From Octopus vulgaris (Eukaryota), in NCBI GenBank assembly GCA_951406725.2, contig OX597820.1:36270001-36334000 (forward strand): a stretch of 64,000 nt of DNA, in the 5' to 3' direction. The notes under the pieces were generated by a model. The model saw only the letters and a program-made list of their open reading frames with translations, was not told where the DNA came from and did not search any database. The translations under genes were made by a program, and so were the position numbers. Below, piece by piece: positions 27,617 through 39,955 of this stretch (the first letter of the stretch is position 1; the number at the start of each line of letters is the position of its first letter).

Positions 27617-28411
27617 CGCAGGAGTGGCTGTGTGGTAAGTAGCTTGCTAACCAACCACATGGTTGCGGGTTCAGTCCCACTGCATGGCATCTTGGGCAAG
27701 TGTCTTCTGCTATAGCTCCGGCCCGACCAATGCCTTGTGAGTGGATTTGGTAGACGGAAACTGAAAGAAGCCTGTCGTATATATGTGTATATATCTCTTA
27801 TTATAAAAGGCAGATTTTATCTGCCTCCCTTTGTCTCTTATAGAAATCTACAATATAGGATTTCTTCAATTACAATTTACCTAGCATTTTTAAGAGTAGA
27901 ATACATCGGGTCGTGCCAGGTCCAGTTTTTCAAATTTCAACCCCAATTAAGCAAAATTTCGAGAAAACTCACATTGTGGTGTGTAAGTGAAGTGCTTTTC
28001 TTAGTGTGGGCTACAGCACACACACACGCACACACACACAAACGGAGCGAACTGCTTCACTGATGCTATCACCCTAATTTCTCCTCCTTTCTCTTTGCAA
28101 GTGTGCAACGGTTAAAATGAAAGTATTTATATAAAACGAGAGAAGTGTACCTTAAACCATTACTCAAAAAAAAAACAACACAGCAAACAGAAACAAATAA
28201 ATACATAACGATTTACTAAAAACACAATTTCTTCAATTAGAGTTTACCTATGATTTTTCAAAGTACTTCCATTCGGTCATGGCATACAAAATTTCTTTCA
28301 ATTTCACCCCCATTTCAGAAAAAATTCGAGAAAACTAAATACTTTACCATTTCACTCTGCATATTACTCCCACTTCCTAGACACGCAAATATATAAATAA
28401 AATTGTAAGCT

Positions 28412-28450
<39 letters not shown>

Positions 28451-29978
28451 GTGAGTGTGTGTGTGTGTGTGCGTGTGTGTGTGATAGTGCGTGTATGTGT
28501 GTGTGTGTGTGTGTGTGCGTGTGTGTGAGTGTGTGACAGGGATGAGCAAGTCAAACTGGTCATCCTTTTTGCTAGATCACCTAACATCTAAAGTTATCTC
28601 TAAGTAGCAGTCGCCCAAAACTGTATATAGACACACACATGTATGTATAATGTGTGTGTATATATTTCCACAGAGGTAACCATTCACTCCATACAAAGTT
28701 ATTTAGGACGAATTGGACGAATATAAGATCTAAAGTATATCCAAGTAGCAGAAAGATCGCCCAGAAGTGTATATAGATATTTAAATGTATTTATATATTC
28801 ATCTATACACACATGTATGTATAATGTGTGTGTATATATTTCCATAGAGGTAACCATTCACTCCACACAAAGTTTTTTAGGACGGACGAAAATCTTTATA
28901 TATAAAAGAAAGGTTGTGTGTCTGTCTACTCCGATTTAGATTCCTAACTACTCCCACATTTTGCGATGCAGTTTAACCAAAACCGAGTATCTTATAGTCG
29001 TGATTCATATCGAGCCCTTCTGGGTATTAGCACGCGTCTATGATGAGTCTACGATTTTACAAATAATTTACCATCATTTTCTCCCATTTTAATGCATATT
29101 TTTTTAAATAAAGGGAAGTAACTCTCAAACTTCACACCAATATGCGTGCTCATATGCGACATAATATCACATCAGCAGCATTTCCCTCACACCCTCCTTG
29201 CACTTGGCGAAGGCAAAATACCAGGGGATGAAAATGGTAATATTGCCATCGATTCCATTTGTACCATTGTTAAGACGCCTTCTGATCTCAGAGATGCAGT
29301 GTTCCAAGATCTACAAGCTAATTATCAGAATATGGATTGGATTGGCCAAAAGGCTATACTGGCCCCGAGGAATAAAACTGTTCACCATATTAATGATGAA
29401 ATGCTAAAACTCATTCCTGGGGAAGTCTATGTATATCAGTCTATCAATACAACTCCTGACCCACAGGACGTCATCAACTATCCAATAGAGGTACTCAATT
29501 CCTTTGAGCACCCCGGACTAACACCACACATTCTCAAACTTAAAGTTGGTGCCCCTATAATGCTTATCAGAAATTTGGTTCCCCCAAAACAATGCAATGG
29601 CACACGTTTGATCGTTAAGTCCTTATCTCCCAGCGTAAACTTATATCAACATTTGCCTGAATAATCATCATAATTCAGTGCAATCATTAACAGTACTTTC
29701 AAGCAATTCAGCCCCGAGCAATGCCGGGCAATTCTGCTAGTATATATATATGCGTGTGTGTGTGTGTGTGTCTGTGTTTGTCCCCCTAGCATTGCTTGAC
29801 AACCGATGCTGGTGTGTTTACGTCCCCGTCACTTAGCGGTTTGGCAAAAGAGACCGATAGAATAAGTACTGGGCTTACAAAGAATAAGTCCCGGGGTCGA
29901 TTTGATCGACTAAAGGCGGTGCTCCAGCATAGCCACAGTCAAATGACTGAAACAAGTAAAAGAGTAAAAGAGTAAAGA

Positions 29979-29980
<2 letters not shown>
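27613..29980 (+). mobile_element. SINE family A split by a Helitron (5' half 27613-27790, 3' half 29745-29980)
   Basis: Both halves are collinear with 22270-22680. Confidence 0.75.
27794..29740 (+). mobile_element. Non-autonomous Helitron carrying a PIF1-helicase fragment
   Basis: A|TCTCTTATTATAAAA 5' end, a second TCTTTATATATAAAA at 28893, 3' hairpin GCCCCGAGC-AAT-GCCGGGC followed by CTAG|T; ORF 29146-29664 has ILAPRN, LKLKVGAPIMLIRNL, CNGTRL. Confidence 0.85.
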
Positions 29981-30048
<68 letters not shown>

Positions 30049-30049
30049 G

Positions 30050-30908
30050 CGGGGGTTGGACAAAATAATGGAAACACCATAAAATTTCAAGCAAATTTAT
30101 TTTAATATGTGTAGGATCTCCTTTCACAGTAATTACAGCTTGAATTCTACGAGATATGGACTCATACAAAGTTTGAATTGTTTCCAAAGGGTTGTTTGTT
30201 CATTCTTCAGCTAAAACAGTCTTCTGTTCTTGTAGTGATGATGGCGGAGGATATCAACTCCTTACTTGTTTTTCTAAAATGCACCATAAATGTTCAATAA
30301 CATTCAGATCTGGGGTCTGTGGTGGCCAGATAAGATGTTCAACTTCACTAGAATGTTCCTTGTGCTATTCAGTAACAACTTTAGCTGTGTGAATTGACCC
30401 ATTATCATCTTGAAAGATTGTGTTTCCCTCCAGAAACAGTTCCACAACCATAGGATGAATTTGATCAGATAAAATGCTTAAATAGTCTGCCATGAAGGGA
30501 AACCATTGGGCTGGTGGATTTCCAAGATATAGCCCCCCCCCCCCAGATCATCCCAGATCCTCCTCTATGTTTAATTGTTGGAAGAAGGCAGTCTAGGTCA
30601 AATGCTTCTTTTGGCTGTCTCCACATGTATACTTGGCCGGTGGTTGGAAATAAGGTAAAAGATGACTCATATGAGAAAATAACATTCTTCCACTGTTCTA
30701 GGGACCAATTCTGTAGGTTTTTACCCCACTTTAAACACTTTGCAATGTTTGTTTTTGAAAGTAATGGTTTTCTGCTTGCAGCCCTCCTGTGAAATCTGGC
30801 TTTGTGCAGCTCCCGGCGAACAGTTTTTGTGGAAACTGGGTTCTCGAGGTGGTTATTAAGCTCTGCAGTAATTTTGGGAGCTGTACTTTTGTGATCCTTT
30901 CTAACAAT
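30050..30908 (-). mobile_element. Decayed Tc1 element truncated by the assembly gap
   Basis: TIR GGGGTTGGACAAAATAATGGAAACACC; RKPLLS, VIFSYES, QDDNG, WPPQTPDLNVIE on the minus strand. Confidence 0.82.
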
Positions 30909-31008
30909 NNNNNNNNNNNNNNNNNNNNNNNNNNNNNNNNNNNNNNNNNNNNNNNNNNNNNNNNNNNNNNNNNNNNNNNNNNNNNNNNNNNNNNNNNNNN
31001 NNNNNNNN
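30909..31008. other. Assembly gap (100 N)
   Basis: Run of N. Confidence 1.
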
Positions 31009-31503
31009 TTAAATAAGCACAAGATTATATAATGCATATTACATAATATACATTATATAATCTCGTGCTAATTTATACGCATTATACTACTACAAGTTAT
31101 AACTACAACGATTATTAACAAAAAATAGGGTTTATATATATACAAATTAGCTAAACTTATATAAGTAATTTAACTTATGTCTGTATTTAATTTTTCGCTC
31201 ATCTAGGAAGTTAATAGATTTAGTTGATCAAATCAACCCAGTACTAATTCATTTTAAGTCTACTTATTTTTTTGATGACTTTTTTTTTACTGAATTACTA
31301 ATTTATAGGGAAGTAACCAAACCAACACTTATTATCAAATTAGGTTTGGGAAGGATAAACACAAAGATACTCACACACTTACATGTATGTATGCATGTAT
31401 GTATGTATATATATACATCTATCAATCTATCTATCTAAATACATACATATATATATATCTATAAATATATAACAAAGTATCTATCTATCTAAATACATGT
31501 ATA

Positions 31504-31542
<39 letters not shown>

Positions 31543-31546
<4 letters not shown>

Positions 31547-31766
31547 CAAAGTGAAGTTGTAAGGTACCGCATGAGTGGACTTATATATGAAAGAAGGTTT
31601 GAAAATGCAGTTTTAAAAGATGTTTATTCACTTGACCGGTTTCACTTTTTTAGAAAAAGATTGTCAAAAGTAACATGTAAAAGCTTTGTTGTGTTAGGTA
31701 CTGGTTGTCACAAAATATTACAATACATATATACATTCTTTGATAATAATAAGAACATGTTAAAAA

Positions 31767-31826
<60 letters not shown>

Positions 31827-31991
31827 CTTATTATTATCAAAGAATGTATATATGTATTGTAATATTTTGTGACAACCAGTACCTAACACAACAAAGCTTT
31901 TATATGTTACTTTTGACAATCTTTTTCTAAAAAAGTGAAGCCAGTCAAGTGAATAAACATCTTTTAAAATTGCATTTTCAAACCTTCTTTT
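31543..31991. mobile_element. Fold-back element with an (ATT)n loop and hammerhead motifs in both arms
   Basis: Arms ~31589-31753 and ~31826-31991. Confidence 0.8.
31629..31672 (-). ncRNA. Minimal hammerhead, U3/A8 variant (mutated copy at 31908-31951, +)
   Basis: tactt-TTGACAA-t CTTTT..AAAAG t-GAAA-CCGG-TC-aagtg; GUC site, ACCGGT palindrome. Confidence 0.65.
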
Positions 31992-32172
31992 ATATATATA
32001 TATATATATATCATCATCATCATCATCATCATCGTTTAACGTCCGCTTTCCATGCCAGCATGGGTTGGACGGTTCAACTGGGGTCTGGCAAGCCCGAAGG
32101 CTGCACCAGGCCAGTCAGATCTGGCAGTGTTTCTACAGCTGGATGCCCTTCCTAACGCCAACCACTCCGAGA

Positions 32173-32236
<64 letters not shown>

Positions 32237-32609
32237 GTATCTATGTATGTATCTATGTATGTATGTATGTATGTATGTATGTATGTATGTATATACGTTT
32301 ATGAATTTGTGTTGCAAGATTCCTGATGTGAAGTTGTGTGTTGAAACAAATATTGTATTTCGAGATGGTAATTTTTTTTTTATTTTTGCCAAATAAGCAC
32401 ACACACTATATATTCGTTCTTCACTCATTTATTACTGTTCTTATTCTAACTCATGTCTATTGTCCAGAAATCTTTCATCACACATCTGTGACCTCCTCAG
32501 CAACATTTTCCGTCTTTGTGTGTGCTCTTACTCTGCTTATTCCATTCTGTTCTTCTAAGATGTGCATCCTTATATGTGCATGCAGCTGTGTGTGTGTGTG
32601 TGTGTGTGT

Positions 32610-33357
32610 CCAGATCCTTCACTCTCATTATGCCAAACTCAGGGCCTCTAATTACCTTGTTCACAAGAACACAGCCACGGCTGACAAAGCCAAGTTTAAT
32701 ATTGTTATAACTGACTTGGTGAGAGTGATGAGGAATGTGTCTCACATATGTAACCCTATGGAATTGGAAAGACACATACAACACTTCATCCACCGCATGC
32801 AGTTCTCTGGCTACAACCAAAGGTACAGGATTAGAGTGTTAAAGTGTACAAAGGAGCCAGGGGTAAGTACAAAGCCATCATAGAGAGTGATGCAAAGAAG
32901 GTCAGCCCAATATACAGGAGTAAATCATGGAACAGCACAGAAAGGACCAGAATAAAAGATAGATGAGGCCAATTCATGGTATGACAACAAAAAATACCAG
33001 TGCCATGTCTGTTGATGCTACTCCTGACAGTGAACTAACATAACATTTTAGAAAAACACTAGATAAGGCCAATTTAAGGATTAAAGTAGTAGAAAGGCCA
33101 GGTGCCCCTATAAAATCCCTGTAGAGCTTATCACTTCAATAGGTCCCCATGTACAGAGAACAATTGTATTGATTGTAGGATGAACCCACAGATTAAGTGT
33201 AAGATTCAGAATATAGTATATAGCTTATGATGTACTGAGGGATGGTGTAGAAGCATGACAACTACTTATATTGGAGAGACAGCATGCAGCACAGGAGAGT
33301 GTATAGGTGAACACTGGTGAGAACTCAAAGACAAGAAAGGCTCATCAGTACTCTACC
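32610..33357 (+). mobile_element. Decayed Penelope-like element (RT thumb + GIY-YIG remnant)
   Basis: ORF 32338-32883 C-terminal part (F..RMQFSGY), then NIVY...YIGETA at ~33210-33285. Confidence 0.55.
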
Positions 33358-34562
33358 AGCTGAAATTTTGCATGTGCAATTATTTATATCTCTATAGATT
33401 AGGTTGCAAATTACAGCTCTGAACTAATTGTAGTTTCTGATTTACAGATGTTTGAACTGAGTCAAGTCTGAAATGGAGCCTGTTGAGTGTTGAGCAGTGA
33501 TCCGGTTTTTGTATTTGAAAGGACGCACACCACGGGAGACTTTTGATGAAATGAAAGTAACTTATGGTGATGATGCTTGTAAAACGCTGGCATCGTGAAT
33601 TCAAACATGATCGGAACTCTGTGGAAACAGCTCCCAGATCTGGTCGCTCCCTCTCTGCCATTGATGAGGCATCTGTCTGTCAAGTTGAGGCTGCCATTTT
33701 GGAAGATCGACGCATAACTATTCGCCAAATAGCCCATGAGGTCAAGATTAGTACCGGGTCTGTGGAAACTATCATTCATGACCATTTGCATATGCAAAAG
33801 GTGTCTGCCAGATGGATTCCCAGGTTGCTCACACCTTTCCAGAAGCAAGAACGCGTCGAGTGCTCGAGGATGAATTTGGAGATGTGCCAAGAGGATGAGT
33901 CAAAATTTTTCAAAAGTCTGATTGCACAGGATGAAACCTGGGTCCATCACTATGATCCAGAGACCAAAGCCCAGTCAATGCAGTGGAAGCACCGTGATTC
34001 ACCTCCTCCAAAGAAGGCAAGGGTGCAGCCCTCCGCTGGCAAGGTCATGCTCACAGTCTTCTGGGATCAAGACGGAGTAGTGATGACAGATTTCCTGGCA
34101 AAAGGTACCACAATTACAGGAGCCTATTATGCTTCACTTTTGAGGAAATTAAGAGAAGCTATCAAAATCAAGAGGCGGGGCAAGATCAGCAAAGCATCCT
34201 CCTCCTGCAGGACAACGCTCCGGTCCACAACTCGCGTGTCGCCAGATCAGAAGCACAGGCGTGCGGCTATGAACTCCTCCCCCATGCACTCTCTGATTTT
34301 CACCTCTTCCCAGCCATGAAGTTGTTTTTGAAAGGAAAGCGTTTCCCAGATGATGCAGCATTGATTACTGAAGTCACGTCGTGGTTGGAAGAACAAGCTG
34401 GGGTCTTCTACAAGAACGGTCTCCAGAACTGCATCAAACAATGGGGGAAATGCGTAACTCTGGGTGGTTTCTATGTAGAAAAAGACTAATAACTGTGCCA
34501 AGTTTCGTTGCTCTACTGCTATGGGAAGTGGGTTAGGGGCATTACTTATTGAACGCCCCTCG
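33358..34562 (+). mobile_element. mariner element (DD34D), frameshifted, left TIR missing
   Basis: ORF 33564-34319 with WIPRLL, QDETW, HHYDPE; QDNAPVH in the shifted frame; right TIR TTATTGAACGCCCCTCG|TA. Confidence 0.88.
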
Positions 34563-35312
34563 TACCTGCAAATCCACTGCACGAGTATGAGGGAGCCAAG
34601 CTCTAAACTCTCATATATCAAATGTTTGACATAGTAAGAAAAAAGAAACAAAACAGAATAAAAGGCTATGGAAATGGGACTGAGTGGGGTGCGAGGGTTT
34701 TAGTAAAGTATGATGCAGGTAACAGAAGAAGAAAGGACAATAACAAGTTATTCAAAGAGAAATGAAAACAGAAAGGAGGAAATACCATAGAAGTTACATT
34801 TTAAATAAAGTCATGTTGGCAAATAACTTTGTTACCAGTAAAGAATGAGGGAGTGTGTGCATGTGTATATGTTTGTGCATTTGTGTATGTGGTGGGGAGA
34901 TTTGGCTATTGGCTGCTTGTATAAAGCTATTGATGTCATATACCTGTTAGTAATATAAAGCTATAGACATTATATACGCTTTTGTACACTGTAAGCGGAT
35001 AGATTTGTGTACTTTTCATTGGTCAATGTCATGTTTGAAAGGAGATTGTTTGACTGAGAAGGAAGCTAAAAGAAAAACTGTTTACGTTATTTAGTTATTG
35101 GTGGGGTGTTGGAAGAAAGGTAAATGACAGAATAGTAAACATGAGTGGAACAAAGCAATTTTTGAATCAGTATTTAGTTTTAACCATTTACATCCTGATC
35201 TCGAATTCCACAAGTGTCAGTATCATAAGCACCAGTTAAGTCATAATCCTCTGCAAAAGTTAAAGAAAGAAGAAAGAAGAAATTATTATTTAGCTATTAG
35301 TATTATAAAGTT

Positions 35313-35681
35313 GCAAAAGGGTTACAAAAATTAGTATTATAAAAAATAAAATGATTTGAATGACACAACAATGCACTATAATACAAACGATGTGATTTAA
35401 TCATCCATAGTCTGATATAATATTTCGGAATAAAAATTCCTTCTTCAGATATCCCTAGGAATCGATGGAGTCGCTGCTATCAACATTGGAAAACCAATTA
35501 TAGCAGAGACTCCATCGATTCCTAGAGATATCTGAAGAAGGAATTTTTATTCTGAAATATTATATCAGACTATGGATGATTAAATCACATCGTTTGTATT
35601 ATAGTGCATTGTTGTGTCATTCAAAACATTTTATTCTTTACAAACAATAAACAATGCTTCAAGTGAACTACAATACTCTCC
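35313..35681. mobile_element. Fold-back element with hammerheads in both arms and a 15-bp TSD
   Basis: Arms ~35346-35472 and ~35508-35635; TAGTATTATAAAGTT at 35298-35312 and 35682-35696. Confidence 0.82.
35414..35453 (-). ncRNA. Minimal type-I hammerhead, canonical core (second copy at 35527-35566, +)
   Basis: gatat-CTGAAGA-A-GGAAT tttt ATTCC-GAAA-TATT-atatc. Confidence 0.78.
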
Positions 35682-36605
35682 TAGTATTATAAAGTTATAA
35701 ATGACTTGGCAGAATCATTTAAGTACTGGAAAATATGTTTGGAGATATTACTTCCAGTCTTTTATGTTCTGAGCTCTAAATCTAGCTGAGGACAACTTTG
35801 TTTTGCATCCTTTTGGGGTTGCTAAAATAAATACAAGACATTTTGGAGCTAGTCATACTAGAGACCTTAGTATTCAAAATTTCACATTTTGTGCCTATAT
35901 TAGAAACAAACAATTATAAAGACTCATGATGGAATACTCGATCTACAAGATGGTGCTTCAGTTACATATATCAGACACCTTAGTAATGAAATTTTATATT
36001 AATTAGAAGGACTAACAGTTATTTTCAGTTATAAAATGGTTTGCAATATAAAATATGAGTGGATTTGGTAAATGAAAACTGAAAGAAGCCCATCATCATC
36101 ATCATTTAATGTCCATTTTCCATACTGGCATGGGTTGGACAGTTTGACTGGAGCCGGTAAGGCCAGAGGCCACACCAAGTTCCATTCTCCTGGCATGGTT
36201 TCCATGGCTGGATGCCCTTCCTAACACCAATCACTCTACAAAGTGTACTGGATGCTTTTTATATGGCACCAGCACTAGTATCAACTCTGCTGTGGCTGAC
36301 AAGTCTGATAAAAATATATGTGTATGTAAAAATGTGTATACATGTATATGTGTGCATGAGTTTATGTGTTTGCACTGTTTTTCCTAGACATCACTCAATA
36401 GTTGTAAACAAGTACCACTGTTGTATACACAACATCCTTTGCTTTTCATTTTCCATGAAAATATGTCCAGCCATGGGGAAATATTACTTTGCCTGTGAGG
36501 TTGTTGATGGGGAAGACAACCAACTGTAAAAAATTGAATTTTCTATTCTGTCTGACCATGCAAGCATAAAAAAGTGAATGTTAAATTGATGATTATGACA
36601 CATAA

Positions 36606-36643
<38 letters not shown>

Positions 36644-36710
36644 GTAGCACAGGGGATAGCGCGCTGGACTTCTAATCCAGAGGCCGTGAGTTCGAATCTC
36701 ACCAGGGATG
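36644..36710 (+). pseudogene. 5'-truncated tRNA-Arg(TCT)-like sequence fused to an RTE tail
   Basis: D-loop GGATAGC, anticodon arm CTGGA-CTTCTAA-TCCAG, T arm GTGAG-TTCGAAT-CTCAC; 5' acceptor strand replaced by a TA repeat. Confidence 0.7.
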
Positions 36711-39164
36711 ATTGACTTTCAGGTTACCGTCCAACCCATGCTAGGTTAAATGATGATGATGATGGTGTAGTTGTCTCAGTGATATTGTGCTTCTGTGTAT
36801 ACTTCTACATTTCTATATTTCTGGTAGCATGACATCAGGCACAACCTATTGCATAATCAGGTCATTGGTGACTAATACAACACTCCTACAAAAACAGGTA
36901 ATAAGAAAGGGGGACTTTTGAACACTCTTTGGTAGGAAAAACAAAACCTACCAGGCTGATGAACTCAACAGAGACAAAAGCTAAAACAATATTGTGTATT
37001 TATGCATGCTTAAAATTCATGTGAAGGCAGGATTTGTGGCAGATTGCATAAAGGAACGCAAACATCAATAGTCAAGTTTCAGCAAGCAGAAAGGTGATAT
37101 CCAGCAACGTCACTGTTGACAGATATTTCAGAGGATGGGGAGACACATCACCCTCGTGTTCATGCATTGGAGCAATGAAGACCATTTAATCATCCTTAGG
37201 ATGGCTAATGTCTTACATAGTGACTTTGTTTAAAGTGAAGAAAAGTTGCACACCTTCAACTTCCCTCTCTCATTTGTGAGTATCTTCAATCCAGAGTCAA
37301 CACCAGGTCAAGATTACTGAAGATGGAGCTAGATGCAATGGATGACCAAGATGTCTTATCTCATCTTGCTCTTTGCATTCCACAATCCATTGCTGAAACT
37401 GTCTTTCCATTTGCTGAACATTGAAGATCTCTTCCACAGAGTTTGCAGAATACAGTCTTCATATACATGGCCCTAATATGCTAATTAACCCATAGCCAGG
37501 ACCTTGACAAGTGCTACTACTCTGGGTCAGAGTAGACTTGGGAACAATAGTGACAAGGAGGTGGTTTTATAGTCGTCCAAACCTTGGGACTCCTGAAGCA
37601 AAGCCCCACTACCAGATGCAGCTTAGAGCCAAACCCAGGGTTTGGCATAAAAAATCATAAATAACATTAAAAAAATAATAAATCACGATGGTGATTTATG
37701 GGGAAACACATAAATCACCCTCGTCATCCCACCACACATTCCTGATATACTTCTTATTATCTTGAACCCTTTGCCACTGGTCCAGGAAGTCAGGAATGAG
37801 AGAATGAGGCCAATCATCCTCTGCAGTTCTTCCTCACTATAATCTAAGTCAGGTTTCAAACTTCTGAAAACTGCAAATGAATGATAGACCTTTCATTGAG
37901 GTAGTCAAGTTATTACACATATCTGTGATTGTGTGATACCACCAGTTTGATAATGCCACCATATATACAGGTAGGGGTAGTCATGAATATCTAGTTCCTT
38001 TTAGAGCTGCATCATACACTGCTGTAGCATATTAGAGGTGGGGTCTTGGTTTCCTTTATAAATGAAGGGTGTTCATGATTTAGTAAAGAAGGAACCAACA
38101 TTTCTTTCAAGGCAACTAAAAGATCCCAGTTGAAAAAGATGTTAATTTAAGACATGTACCTCAACTGAACTGATACTGATTCTTCATCGTTTGGTAAACT
38201 GGATCAATCTAGAATTAAGTATTCTGTCTTGAAATTCAATAACTCACTGACCACTAACCCTCAAGAAAATACTCCAGGTCTTTCAGATTCACTTATAGTA
38301 AGGAAGGTCTGCACTGGATGACCAGTCAAAGCATGAATGGTTTTACTTTTCAATTTGATGATGATAAAGTAAAAAGTTATCTTTTTATGTTTCACCACCT
38401 ATCACTTCCTACTCCTCCTTCTCCTCCTCCTCCTCCTTAACCCAGTCCTATTTTTCTTACATTCCTTAAAACTGAGACTCATTGCCCACACCTCCATCTA
38501 AGTTCACCATTCACTGCATTCACTTCTCTTCTATCCTCATCTTACCAACTTACCTACCTGCCCAATCATCCTCAATTCTTTGTCTCTATTCTCTCTTTAT
38601 CCACCTTCTTATACCTTCAGGGTATGCCCTAGCTTCTCATCTCTACTATCCTTTTTACCATTCCCTCTGGTGTAGCCATGTACCTCCTCTACAGCAAGAC
38701 CATGTTCCTGTCTGTCTTTCACACTTTAGTCTTTCACATCTGGAACAAAATCATCTCCTTTGACACTGCATTCCCACTTTGTTGAGGATTCTTGTCTTGC
38801 AACTTACTTGGTACCCTCACAAATACTGGTGCCATGGAAAAAACATCCCATACATTCTTTAAAGCATTGACATTAAGAAGGGCACACAACTGTAGAGGAC
38901 TTTCCAAACCAGACATTTGAAAACCAACACAGCCCTCAGGCCAATCAAATCTTGTCAAGCCATCCAAACCATGGCAGCATAGAGTATAAATGTTAAATAG
39001 TAATGATGGTCGTGGTGGTGGTGGCGATGGTGGTGGCGGCGGCAGCAGCAGTGGTGGTGGTGGCGGTGGCAGTGGTGGTTGCGGTGGTGGTGGTGGTGGT
39101 GGTGGTGGTGGTGGTGGTTGTGGTTGTGGTGATGATGGTGAAGGAGCTTTATAGATATGGGCTC

Positions 39165-39625
39165 AGATATGGCTGTGAGGTTAAGAAGATCACTTTGCTG
39201 CTATAGCCTTGACTAATTAATGCCTTCTGAGTGAATTTGGTACACAGACACCATGTGAATGCCAGTTGCATATGTGTGTGTGTATGTATGTATATATGTA
39301 CATATGTATGTATGTATGTATGCATATATGTGTGTATGTAAGTATGTATGTATGTATGTATGTAAGTATGTATGTATATATGTATGTATGTGTGCATGTA
39401 TGTATATATCTATGTATGTATCTATGTATGTATTTGTGTTTGTCGCCACTACCTCTTGACAACTGGCATTGGTTTGTTTATGTTCCTATAACTTAGTCAG
39501 AAGAGACTGATAGGATAAGATTTAAAGTAAGTACAGGGGTTAACTTGTTTGACTACACCCTTTAAAGCACTTCCCCAGCATAGCCACAGTCATGACAGAC
39601 TGACAAGAAGTAAAGGATAAAAGAT
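39165..39625 (+). mobile_element. Degenerate SINE family A
   Basis: Head, internal (TATG)n and tail similar to 22270-22680. Confidence 0.6.
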
Positions 39626-39955
39626 ACTGTGTATGCAGTCATATAGCCAGCTAGAAATAGCACCCAATTTTCCTTCAAATCATTCCTGTCTCAAAATATA
39701 CAGGGTGGTCATCACTAGGAATGTCACATCATAGACTCAGTTAAGTTAGACCTGAGAGCAGACAATATCAAAAACATCTGCTCCAATTAAATTGATTGGA
39801 TTTTCTCCCTGCTCATTTGCTTTTATTTATTTAAAAAGAATTAGAAATTAAGCTAAAAGAAAAAATATACTGAAATTATTGTATTGAAACAAACTATTGT
39901 TTATTCCAAATACCAAACATTCTTTACATTCTTTTATTTTTTATTTTATTTGCAG

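Noticed and set aside
36644-36710. Functional tRNA-Arg gene
   Set aside because: The 5' acceptor strand is missing and there is no T-run terminator
36960-37220. Possible further GIY-YIG remnant
   Set aside because: Only NIVY-like traces; too degraded to support
39884-39955. N-terminal part of ORF 39884-41299
   Set aside because: Non-ATG start; it is the polypyrimidine tract before the acceptor
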